Below, in pieces: positions 24,201-39,622 of a stretch of 53,184 bases of DNA (positions are counted from its first letter, which is position 1; every line of letters starts with the position of its first letter). Source of the stretch: Sphaeroforma arctica JP610 (taxonomy: Eukaryota); the NCBI RefSeq assembly GCF_001186125.1, contig NW_014040298.1, positions 1-53,184 on the forward strand, written 5' to 3'. The position numbers and the translations under genes are program-made. The notes beneath the pieces are model-generated. The model was not told the DNA's origin and searched no databases. It worked only from the letters and a program-made list of their open reading frames with translations.

Positions 24201-27200
24201 CAGTGACGCACGACGACGCCGTAACAGTGAAGACGACAGGGACAGACAGAGAGGAACCGACAGAGACGGACGAGCAAGGAATGCCGTGAGTGCCCGACCG
24301 AGTGATAGGCACAAAGACTCGTACACCACCAGTGACAGTGAAGACGACGACAAAGATAGGACGTATGGCAGCTCCGAGTATCGGAGGAGAGAGGGGCGTA
24401 ACAGCAGTCCGGAGAGAGCCTCAGACGTGCACAGGAGAGGCAGAGAGCGGGGCAGAGACAGTGGTGATCGTGGAAGTGAGTGGGAGTACAACCGCATCCG
24501 AGACCGGCAGCTATACGACCGGTCCTATTCACCGTCGCCCAGGAGCTCTCCCGTGGCGATACCATCATCAGGGTTTGCCTCGAGCGTACGCCCGCATGCG
24601 CATACGCAGGCGAATGCACATGCGCACTCCCTCGGCAGGTATCGCTCCACTCCCACATCGCCTGCTAAGCATATCCCCATGCTCGCAAGCGGGAACACCG
24701 GCAAGGCGCCGTCGCGCCAGTCTGTGATCATGGATCTGATCAACAATGCTGGGTTGGATGACAGCGTCGCGTTTGAAAGTAGTAGTGACAGCGACGTAGG
24801 CGGCCAGGACGATGGTATATATCCCGCTTAGTGTGTTGTTCAAAGCGTGTGCGCGTCTGTAGGGAATGCAGAAATTGTCGTATTATCGCAATGTCCGATT
24901 GCCAAATTGTCGGATTGTCAGATTGTTGGCGTGTTCGACTTGGACACCAGTAGAACAGATATTCACTTCTTTTATGCGTGACTTTCCCACCACATTCTAG
25001 GGTATGAGAGCAGCCGCAGCGACTACCGCAACGGAGACAGCAGCGGAGGAGAGTACCTGAAACGGCTGACAAGCGCTGTACTGGAACTGCACGACTTCTC
25101 AGCGGACGTCACCACCGAAGACTTAAGGGTAACTATACTGTAGTGTGCTCCTCATAATCATTAGGTAAACAGAAACACTGCTGTGAGTGGTTTGTTGCAC
25201 CGGCTTTCCGTGCGCGTGCTCCATCAGCTGTATGCACTGTTTTGCGCTAGTACTACCTGTCCATGCGAGGGAGCAGGGTGGCTCTTGGCACACGACGCAT
25301 TCCCCAGTCAGCACTCAGTCAGCAAGCACGGCCACGCCAAGTCAGTCTCTATGTCGAGCGACTGGGAAGTGTGGATCTAGTTTCACGCTGAGTACCACTA
25401 TACCTCACCACATCTCGCCACATCTCACGTATATCTCCATATACTATTGCTACGGTTGCGTTCTGCGGTATCCCACGCCTGAGATACTGTCATTACGGCA
25501 CACCATGCATGCGGGATACTCAGCAACATACGTAGTCACACACTGTGCAGTTTCGATTGTCGATGGTGACGCTAGTCCATTCCGTTCACAGGACCTTCTG
25601 GAGCCGTACCAACACAATGTGGACTTCCGCTGGGTCGATGATACACACGCCTTAGCGGTGATGCGCTCGGCCGAGCTTGGTAGGTGACGAGGCTTAGAAT
25701 GCTTTATATGCCTATACGGTTCTTGTGGTCGTGTATTTGCTAAGCATATTAGGATAGGTGGAGAGGCTTCAAAATGCTTTCTATATATTAAGATGGTTAG
25801 GGAAGCTTAAAATGCTTTATATGAATTAGGGTAAGTGGGGAGGCTTAGAATGCTTACTATATATTAGGATAAGTGTGGAGGCTTAAAATGCTTTCTATAT
25901 ATTAGGATTAGTGCAGAGGCTTAGAATGCTTTCTATATATTAGGGTAAGTGGGGAGGCTTAGAATGCTCTCTATATATTAGGATGAGTGGGGAGGCTTAA
26001 AATGCTTACTATATATTAGGATAAGTGCGGAGGTTTATAATTCTTTCTATATATTGGGATAAGTGGAGGAGGCTTAGAATGCTCTCTATATAATAGGACA
26101 AGTGGGGAGGCTTAGAATGCTCTATATATTAGGGTAAGTGGGGAGGCTTAGAATGCTCTCTATATATTAGGGTAAGTGGGGAGGCTTAGAATTCTCGCTA
26201 TATATTAGGATGAGTGGGGAGGCTTAAAATGCTTACTATATATTAGGATAAGTGCGGAGGTTTATAATTCTTTCTATATATTGGGATAAGTGGGGAGGCT
26301 TAGAATGCTCTCTATATATTAGGATGAGTGGGGAGGCTTAGAATGCTCTATATATTAGGGTAAGTAGGGAAGCTTAGAATACTCTATATATATTAGGGTA
26401 AGTGGGGAGGCTTAGAATTCTCTCTATATATTAGGATGAGTGAGGAGGCTTAAAATGCTTTTTATATATTAGGATAGGTGCGGAGGCTTAGGATGCTTAC
26501 TATATATTAGGATGAGTGGGGAGGCTTAGAATGCTTTCTATATATTAGGGTAAGTGGGGAGGCTTAGAATGCTTACTATAAATTAGGATAAGTGGAGAGA
26601 CTTAGAATGCTTTCTATTTATTGGGGTAAGTGGGGAGGCCTAGAATGCTTTTTATATATAAGGATAAGTGGGGAGGCTTAGAATGCTTTCTATATATTAA
26701 GATAAGTGGGGAGGCTTAGAATGCTTTCTATACATTCAGATAAGTGTCGAGGCTTAGAATGTTTTGCATGCCTTCCACGATGCTTGTGGTAGTGCAACTG
26801 ACAGGTATATTGCATTAGGATATGACTGCACACACACACGCATGCGCAACGTTCTCCTTAGTGAGCTCCATGTCTGCTATTGCGCTGCAGCGCCGGCCAA
26901 CCAGTCAGTATTCACACGGCTGTTGGGCCTTCCTCAATAGATATACACGATGCTGTTCCATAGTAACCAGCAAGTGAAGTACTAACCTAATGTATCTGTC
27001 ACACCTTCTGCTGGGGTGCTGTGGTGCTGACTCCAGCTAATGCGGTGTACGCTGACAGGCACAGTCTGCCCATTGGGGTCAACCTTTTCAGAGACGCCAC
27101 CACGGCATCACAGAGAAAGTTCGGTATGATAAAACACACAGCCCTGTACATGCACATGCCTTCGTATGTGTGCCATGTATAGTGGGTGTATTCTTCTTTG

Positions 27201-28032
27201 TGGTGCGTGTGTGGCTATGGGCTACAAATGGCTTGCGCGTGTATTGATGCCGTGTCTGCTCGGTGGTATATCCCATTCTGGTCGCTGCTGTGTGATAGTG
27301 TATTGCGCTACTGTTATTTATTGGCGATACTGTTCGCTGCTTGTTCTGTTGTTCCAGGATGTGTCTGTTGGATAGTACCTTTCGCATGTTGAACCCCAAG
27401 TATTCCACTAGCCATGACACTTACCCACAATCGCATCGTGCGCATCCGAGCGCTCCCACTCAGACTTTCTAGGGTTTTAGGGTTTTAAAGTTAGACGATT
27501 TTGTATCACTCACACACCAAACCCAAACGGCACAGACCGCACGCGTTACAGAACCACTAACCACAATGGCAATGGCAATAGCGCCAGCGGAAGTGGCTGG
27601 GGTGGACGTCCTGGGTCTGGACCAGATATGTTCCGCAGAGAAAGACCGGTGACATCCACAGCCGTGGCCAACCGACTGGTGAGTGGGGCATTGGGTATTC
27701 GCGTGGTGCGTACGGAGGAGCAGAAGCAGAGCGATCGCGAGAAGCTGGACACTGCTAAGGAGAAGCGGCGGTTGGAGCGGGAAGAACGCGCGCGAGAGCG
27801 CGAGAGAGAGGAGAGTGCGACACCCAGCAGGGACACAGGCATAGATACCGACCGAGATAGAGACGGAGATAAAGATAGAGATAGAGATAGAGATAGAGAT
27901 AGTGACAGAGATAGAGAGCGAGATGCAGATGGCGATGTAGACGCCTGTGAGGGTGGTAGTGCGAACCAGCAGTGCAGCGAAGCACCGGATAGCCCGGTCG
28001 TGGGCGGGAATAGGAAGTCAGTGTCTTCTTAA
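21256..28032 (+). CDS. R3HCC1/R3HCC1L-like protein (RRM-like domain + C-terminal coiled coil) with very long low-complexity N-terminal region; 5' end in gap
   Basis: Exons 21256-24814, 25001-25128 (VLELHDFSADVTTEDL), 25592-25679 (DFRWVDDTHALAV), 27037-27123 and 27536-28032 (RERPVTSTAVANRLVSGALGIR..EKLDTAKEKRRLE). All have GT-AG boundaries and matching phases. WVDDTHAL and ERPxTSxAxAxRLVxxALG are hallmarks of R3HCC1/R3HCC1L. An R3H domain is not visible. Confidence 0.85.
25680..26765. repeat. ~40-bp minisatellite, ~25 copies, related to and starting at the R3HCC1-like donor
   Basis: tattagggtaagtggggaggcttagaatgctttctata; the first, diverged copy is gtaggtgacgaggcttagaatgcttt. Confidence 0.95.
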
Positions 28033-28230
28033 ACTAAACGGATCCTGCCCCGTACTGTGTCGCTGTGTGCCCTTGTGTGTGTGTGCACGTGCCTGTGTGC
28101 GTGTGCCGTGGCTCAGGGCGCAATAGTATATGTGATTGGCTTGTGCATGTCTGACTACCATAGGGCCCAGTGAGAGGGTTTACAGCGAACGTTGAACGTC
28201 AAATATACCTTTACTTAGCACTGACTGATG

Positions 28231-28480
28231 CACTAGCACTATGTGTGACGTTATCTTTCTCCGTTTAACGTTATGTTTGAATCTCATCGATCGGCGTGCC
28301 TCATGAGCGCAGTCCACTAGTACCATGTGTGACGTTAACTATATCCGTTTAACGATATTTTTATTCTCATCGATCGGCATGCCTCATAAGCGCAGTCCAC
28401 TAGTACTATGTGTGGCGTTAACTTCATCCGTTTAACGCTATTTTATTTCCCATCGATCGGCGTGCCGCATGAGCGCAGTC
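28231..28480. repeat. ~83-bp repeat x3
   Basis: cactagtactatgtgtgacgtta..ccgtttaacg..catcgatcggcgtgcc.catgagcgcagtc. Confidence 0.85.
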
Positions 28481-29426
28481 TTGGCTCGCGGACGACTGAT
28501 GAACTGTCCGATGGTTTGTTGGCATGGCTTCCGAATGAGTAGTCTTGTCCCGAGTGTGTGGCTGCCGTTCCTTCGGTCGACTTCGGCATATTCCTTCATG
28601 CTCTTATATCGGCAGTCCGTTGATTTATAGTTCGAAGCAACCTCGACAAGCTGCAGCTCCGGCCCTTTCAGTTTTTTATCCGTCAGGATATACTCCCTAG
28701 TCAACCACTCCGACATCCAAACCGCCACATACCAGACCAGGCTTCTCGTTGGTAGTCCTTTTATAATCGTTGGTAGTGTTGGCTCATTCCTCCATAGTCG
28801 TGTGGTGATCATAGCTCATCTGAGTCTGTATGGGCTGCTAGTCCTCAAGAGAAGCCACCGCATTTGGTGCCCTGCCCTCTGTTGTTCTTCGCTGTTGGGT
28901 GGCGTGTAACGTCTCTCCGGCGACGACTTGTGGTGTGGTATTGTGATTGATTTGATCATGGTTGACAAGTGTGTCCATTCACCTGTGTCGATATATCGGT
29001 CATATGAGGACCATGCGCTTCGTGACCTCACTATCAGGTGCGACTAGTTGTTCTGTTATCTCTGAGATAGTCTCAACAACGCTTCTACGGTCGTGTTATT
29101 TCTCTAGTCTCGAGTGGGTCACAAATGGTGCACTTGCGAAAGAAGTTGCAAAGCTCATAGAATCCGCGTTTACAACAGACTACGGTGAAGACCGCTATAT
29201 GAAACTGTGGGATGACTAGTCCGTGGAACGTCAGTCGCGTGCGTAGTGTCCCTTTGCTCAGTTGCTGTACCACTTATTCAGTTGATGGGATTGTGGTAGC
29301 CATCCACACGCTGTTGCTTCGTGGGGTCAATTGCCCAGGCGCGAGACGTCGTGTGCCATCACTTGCTCATCATGATCCATCGAGTCTCGACTTGTAGGTC
29401 AGACTGGTATTCAACCAGATCTGAGG

Positions 29427-29665
29427 TACAAATGATGAAGGTGGTTTTGTTTAGGCATGTCTGATTACATTGAATATTCGTACAAATGACGAGGGTGGTT
29501 CTGTTTAGGCACGTCTGATTACATTGAATATTCGTACAAATGACGAAGGTGGTTCTGTTTAGGCATGTCTGATTACATTGAATATTCGTACAATTGACGG
29601 AGGTGGTTTTGTTTAGGCATGTCTAATTCCGTTACAAATGATGGAGGTGATTATATTTAGGCATA
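29427..29665. repeat. 54-bp repeat x~4.5
   Basis: tacaaatgacgaaggtggttctgtttaggcatgtctgattacattgaatattcg. Confidence 0.9.
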
Positions 29666-29852
29666 TCTAACTGAATCGGAAATTTGGTCAGTGCGAGGAC
29701 TCGTGCAGAATCGAGACACCTTTGAATCTCTGGTGATGTGGTTTGCGAAGTCATGAGATGTACGTTCTTAGGGGTCATGACCGCTGTAGATTCGACCTGA
29801 TTTTGGAACGATACCCAAACCGTACGATCAAATCTGGGGAGGTAAACTGGGT

Positions 29853-30509
29853 GATAGCTATGTATTATACTGAATGATAGCTATGTATTATACTGGATAA
29901 TAGATATGTATTATACTGAATGATAGCTATGTATTATACTGAATGATAGCTATGTATTATACTGAATGATAGCTATGTATTATACTGAATGATAGCTATG
30001 TATTATACTGAATGATAGCTATGTATTATACTAAATGATAGCTATGTATTATACTGACTGATAGCTATGCATTATACTGGATAATAGCTATGTATTATAC
30101 TGAATGATACCTATGTATTATACTGAATGATACCTATGTATTATACTGAATGATACCTATGTATTATACTGAATGATACCTATGTAATATACTGAATGAT
30201 ACCTATGTATTATACTGAAGAATAACCATGTATTATACTAAATGATAGCTAAGTATTATACTGACTGATAGCTATGCATTATACTGAAGAATAGCTATGC
30301 ATTATACTGAATGATAGCTATGTATTATACTGGATGATAGCTATGTATTATAATTATACTGAATGATAGCTATATATTATACTGAATGATAGTTATGTAT
30401 TATACTAAATGATAGCTATGTATTATACTGAATGATAGCTATGTATTAAACTGACTGATAGCTATGCATTATACTGGATAATAGCTATGTATTATACTGA
30501 ATGATAGCT
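29853..30509. repeat. 23-bp minisatellite x~28
   Basis: gatagctatgtattatactgaat. Confidence 0.95.
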
Positions 30510-30730
30510 GCTTACCTAGGCTATATGACAGTAGTGCGCAAGAGTGGTGTGATCTAAGAGAGTAGCTTCAATGCAGCTCCTAGTACATACTTTGCAACGT
30601 CTGGACATGCAGAACTGAAAGTAAAAATTACACCACTGCTCGTCGTCAACGCTACAAATAACATGGAGCCACATTCCCCCGAAAACTTAAGGTTTATCTT
30701 GTTGAATAGTAGCTGATGACTAATCATTAC

Positions 30731-33700
30731 TTACAAATAACATATGGAGCCACATTCCCCCGGAAACTTAAGGTTTATCTTGTTACATAGTAGCTGATGA
30801 CTAATCATTCCACAGCGAGGTACAACACAAGCCAACCCATCTGCAGAACAAGTGATAGTGCCCAAAAAGTGGGCGAAGAGCGCTTGCCTACATACTTGCA
30901 CAGTACATTCATACCTAAAGTGGGCAGGGCAATTAGCACCCCCTAGCCCACACACTTGCACAGTACATTCATACCTAAAGTGGGCTGGACAATTAGCAAC
31001 CCCTAGCCTACACACTTGCACAGTACATTCATACCTAAAGTGTGCAGGGCAATTAGCACCCCCTAGTCTACACACTTGCACAGTACATTCATACCTAAAG
31101 TGGGCAGGGCAACTAGCACCCCCTAGCCCACACACTTGCACAGTACATTCATACCCAAAGTGGGCAGGGCAATGAGCACCCCCTGGGCATCCACTATCGC
31201 AACCAGGCCATAGCGGACATAGCTCGGTTCCTTTGGCAACTTGGTTTGTATCTTGTATGCCGTAGTACGCACTCCAGAGACAGGGCCAGCACCTGTGCAC
31301 TCATGGCTGTCCTGAGAAGACCATGACCCAGTCCTATCAGAGAGTGGACCGGGTGCGCCGCTGTTGAGGGCAGTGTATGGCCCATCTATGTGCCGACTGA
31401 GACGCTGATACCTGTTACTGCCCGTCGTGATGATGTCGGTCTGACGTTCCATTTGTTTCCACAAATGGAAATCGCTCGCCAACACGTGACGTGCGTATAA
31501 GGGAAGTCGATCCTCCGTTAGGCTATATTAACAAGTGTATGGAGTATAAGGGAGACGATCCGCCGTTTGGCTATAAAACGAGCAGTTGCAAGCATACCAC
31601 ACACCACATAAAGAACAACACAACAACACACCACATAAAACAACAGTACAACAACACACCGTCCGATGCTGTGAATGGTCACGGCCACTCTGTCATCGAA
31701 GATCCGTGGTGCGCCAGGCTCCATCCGCAGCCAACACAGCCGATTCCACTCACTCTGCGGAGGTCGCCCACGACACACCACCAGCCCACACTCCTGTCTG
31801 CCCTCTCTCAGTACACGTAGTTCCTTTGGGGTCACTGCCGGTGCTATATCACTCCTTTGTTGCAGCTCTATACGCGTTGCCCCGCTTCGGCCTTGGGCTG
31901 CTATCTCGTCGTGCCGTGGTCTGGGTGCCCTATCAGACGGAACATCGGTGCCCTGCCCATGCCCAGCAATGCAAGGGCTGGTCTTCGCACCCCTTTGACC
32001 TTCGGCCAACCGTCCCGCAGTCTCTGAGTCCTCATCGGCTGCTTCGCGTGGGGTGGCTGGCGGAATAGAGCGTCCGGATGGTCGACCTCCCACACACTGC
32101 TGCAACAGCGCACTACCTTTGATCGTAGCGAGGATGGGCCCGAACTCGGTGGCGAAATTAGCCTCTAGCGTCTCACAGAGACTTATGGCCGCTTGCAGTC
32201 CGGAATCCGACTGTGTCTGGAAGGTTAGAAAGGTGGGTTATTACCGCCAAATAGGTATAATTCCCGTACATAGTAAGGAAGCTCGCAATGTAGGACCGCA
32301 CGTCCACACCAGCGATGACTGGTATCGAAGCACCACGCAATAAAAAACAATTCGACATAAAACACTACAGTTCTATCATCTTACACTTACCCCTCCATGG
32401 TGTTTGGCTGAGTGTTCAATCTTTCGCCGATCTGAGGTCCTCTGCAGCACTGCCGAGCACTTTCCTATCGATAATCCCTTGTTCAGCTGAGTACCACAGT
32501 GCGAGCCCTGCTCCAAGTATCTGCATTGGCGATGGGTGCACAACTTGAGTATAAGCGAAACTCGTCAAAGACTGTGACTATACGAACCATGAGCTATCTC
32601 TATACGAAACAAGAGCTATCACTATACGCAAAATAAGCTACCGTATATGTGCACGCACCTAATGGCATCCCGTTGCACAACTAAGCTCGAACCGCTTGAA
32701 TATGTACGTCAATACTGTGGAGTATGAAACTCCGCATCCAACCCGTGCTAACAACAAATAGGTCACCAGATGCGAGTGTACGCTGCCGTACCTATCGAAG
32801 GCGATTGCCTGCTCAGGCGACAGGGGGAACCGCGACGGGCCAGACACCACAGCGCATATACGATTGTAAACACGCCGACGGAGCGACCATGGCAGAGTCA
32901 GCAGAACGGATGTATTAGACAGCGTCATGTGGCCATAGGTGGGGCTGAGGTACATGTGACGGTCGAAAAGGTCGTCGACTGTTTGTGGGCGAGGATTGAT
33001 GAGGAGTGGGCTATGAGTCTCTGATGGTACGCTCCTGGTATCAGGTAGATCTGTGCCAATACCAAGTCGTGGTATAGTGCTCGAGGACGGTCTCATTGCA
33101 TTCTTCACAAACGTACATGTGTACTAATCTCTCCCCCCCCCCCCACACACACACCACCCGAATTCGGTGATTTTTCGGTTGAATTTGGTCGCAGTCATTC
33201 GGGCACATCTGTTTGAACCACGCGTTTGTAAGTCCGATACGCCTAAACGTGAACTAAAACACAATGAAAAAACGATCACGATTAACGTGCACATCGGCTA
33301 TACAACTTCAGAACAGACGAACCATCCAATCGAATCAATCGAAGTCCGAACTTCGGGTTTGACATTTTTGAGCTGACAATACTCAGACCAACGGCAGCAA
33401 CTTACTGGTTTTGTTAAACGCTTCTTTCACCACCCGGGCTTGCTGTGCCAGGGCTGCAAGGCTTTCTGGGGACACCCCTGTAGCCTCTGAGTATCTGCAC
33501 GAAATTATCGGCCAATTCTTGATCGTTAGGGTCGTAACACTCAAAGGAGACGGGCCCGCAAAGGCAATCGGGACAAAAAAATTGATATTGGAGAATGTCT
33601 AAGCAGATTGAAGCGTAAGTATAGCCTGATAAGGTAGTCGGATACATCCGTAGAAACACACAGGTGTGTATGTACACGAAGACAGCACGGGTATACATAC

Positions 33701-33810
33701 ACGAGTTGCAGCGCCTTGCGAATCCGATTACGTTCATACACAGGCTTCTGATTGGTAGGATCGTCGATCCAGGAAAACGAACTGTGCTGCAGCGTTGCGA
33801 CTATCCGCCA
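30731..33810 (-). CDS. tilS: tRNA(Ile)-lysidine synthetase (TilS/MesJ)-like protein, C-terminal portion; N-terminal PP-loop exons missing from the assembly
   Basis: Exons 33701-33810 (ATLQHSSFSWIDDPTNQKPVYERNRIRKAL = TilS WxxDPxN..YxRNRIR motif), 33406-33494, 32792-32978 (LLTLPWSLRRRVY..VSGPSRFP), 32391-32520, 31660-32216 (LVVCRGRPP..EPGAPRIFDDR), 31155-31522 (LYARHVLASDF..VRYGLVAIVDAQGVLIALPTL) and a probable last exon 30731-30840. All phases join. The last exon is less certain. Confidence 0.8.
30887..31183. repeat. 60-bp repeat x5 containing the TilS-like exon end and donor
   Basis: cacacttgcacagtacattcatacctaaagtgggcagggcaattagcaccccctagccca. Confidence 0.95.
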
Positions 33811-34076
33811 CTACCAGCACGTATTAATGAGGTAGCAATAAACGTTATGAGTTGCTGTGCACGTAATCTCTGTCTTTACGCTGTCATGCCGAGTGTGTCA
33901 TGAGGCTAAGGCATTCTATCCACTGACGTCATCGAATAATTGTTGCTCAGATAAGACGGCGCAAACTTTTTGTATTTGTGGTACAAAGTTAATATTATTG
34001 GAATAATGCAGGTAGTTTACAATGCAGCCCATAGTCATCAACCAAGCATATATACATATATATACAAATGTATGTA

Positions 34077-34122
<46 letters not shown>

Positions 34123-34385
34123 GTGNGTTATATATATATATATGAATGCGTTATATATATATAAATGAATGCGTGATATACATATACATATATATATATA
34201 TTATATATGCGTGTATGTATACATATATGAAGTACAGCCAATATGTTTTGCAAGCCTTTATAATTACTCGTTCAATATGTCTACTGTTTATTTTCATATC
34301 CTGCAACAGTCAATCTCTATTCAACTTAAGCGTATCTGGCTAAATTATCTGCGAGCTAAAACCAAATTCTATCAATTAACTTTAG

Positions 34386-37692
<3,307 letters not shown>

Positions 37693-38070
37693 TTAAATAC
37701 ATGTGGTCACCACGTGTGTAAAATCCCGGGGTTAGCGCGATAGCACGATCCGCTACTTGGGAGCACTTATCCTCAGTAAGAATAAGACTAGTAATAAAGA
37801 ACCATCCACACTAACTATCCTTGTCCCAACTCAGTAAGAATTAGACTAGTAAAAAACATCCACACTACCAACTACTTGAGCAAATTTATAACCCCAAAGT
37901 ATGTTTGTGTATGCGGTATGCCTGACCTGCCACACGTGGTAATGGTGACTGCAACCACACCTGTGTCTAGAAGTGAGCAACATATCAAGGGAACATATTG
38001 ACGAATTGCTTGTATGCTAAAGTATATATATATATATATATATATCAATATATATATATATTATTATTAT

Positions 38071-38103
<33 letters not shown>

Positions 38104-39622
38104 CTATTAATTATTCATTTATATATATATATATATATTCTTTTTATATGTGTATGTAATTCAGGACAGCTTTTCCTTGACTACCGAATATAATGTACCA
38201 CAGTAAGCAGTGTTGACGTCATACCTGCTCTTGTGGTGGGTGTCAGACCACACCCTCGTGCGGCAATGTCAAATTCTGCCATAGAAATCGGGCTGGTGTC
38301 TGCAGGCTTGGCCACGAGTTGTGTGATAGTTTCAGCAGTGGCATAGCCGCTTCGCTGTTGATCACAAAGCATGTTTCTATGGAGACCATTGCTAGCAACG
38401 AGAATAGGTTGCTTACTACGTGAATGCAGTGTTATGGAGATACATGTAGCATGCACACTACGCTCGTGGCCACGGATATTGCTCGTAGCATACCAGCTTC
38501 GCTGGATACGGCATGCCTTCCGAAAAACACGGATGCATATGTGTCGTATATACATGAATGCAAAAAAAACCAATTGTAATCGAAGGAGAACCACTCTTGA
38601 TAATGGCCCACGACACTATCATTCATTTCGCGTCTGCATAAGTACTAATTTCTGCTGCAAACAGGAAGCTAATTGGCAACCTGGAATATTATCGGCACTC
38701 AGCACAAACTTGGATTTAAACTATATCTCCCTAAAAGATAGAAGAGAAAGAAAAGTTGGCAGGATCTCTGGTTAGAAATCCGATACCTTTCTTCTGTGCT
38801 AAAGAGCACGGATAGAAAACTTGACGTACGAGGTGATTGTGTTCTGTTTTTAACTTAATAAGACAGTGCTTTTGGAATGCATGGATCCTTTCTATCGCTA
38901 CTTCTGCCTGTTACAGATAAACTGTTTCTGTATACCATCGCACCGTGCTTTTGGTGGAAGCAGATTCCTTTATGCTGTGCTACTTCTACTAGAGGATGCG
39001 AGTCTCGTTGTATTTACATTCACTAACAGTAATATGTAAGGGCTACACCGCTACAGGCCTTTGTCATATATCATAGTCCCCCGAAAAAGAAACACATATA
39101 CATAGCCTCCTGAATAATCAACATATATTTTATACATAAACCCTACATGCAGACAAAACCCTACTATTTATAGTATATTTAGCCGGCGACACGAAAAACA
39201 CACTTTATGCATCATGTAAATATTCGTTTTTTATAAATATAGTTTTGGTTTTTCCCAAAAAAAAATACCAACCGGCAGCCTGCAGGAGTGCGTATGAAAA
39301 TATATATATCTGAATGAATATGTACCCACTCGAACAGTTGTGATATAAGTAAATAAGACGCTACAAAACTAAATACGTTAGTACATAGATACTTGATGTA
39401 TTTTTAATATGAACCAACACATATTCTTCAGCACAAAATGAATTCATGACGACCACACAATTAATGATAGTAGTAAGAATACATTCTCTTTAACAGTGAA
39501 GGAGAGGGCAGAGTGCAGAGTGCAGACGCTTCTCCACTGAACAGTAGGCTCTAAACAACACGCTACCAGCCTGCGATATTTGGAACACTTTGTAATCGAT
39601 CCATCTCTTCAAATCCAACACA

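Noticed and set aside
21342..24843. Antisense and alternative-frame ORFs over the giant exon
   Set aside because: They are shadows of a low-complexity, GC-rich coding region with no independent motifs.
32413..32520. Alternative frame ILGAGLALWYSAEQGII.. as a small membrane protein exon
   Set aside because: The other frame fits both flanking TilS-like exon phases and ends at a strong gtaagt donor.
38181..38775. Overlapping 134-137-aa ORFs (also 42098-43209 and 49008-49484)
   Set aside because: They have no recognisable motif and no phase-consistent splice partners.
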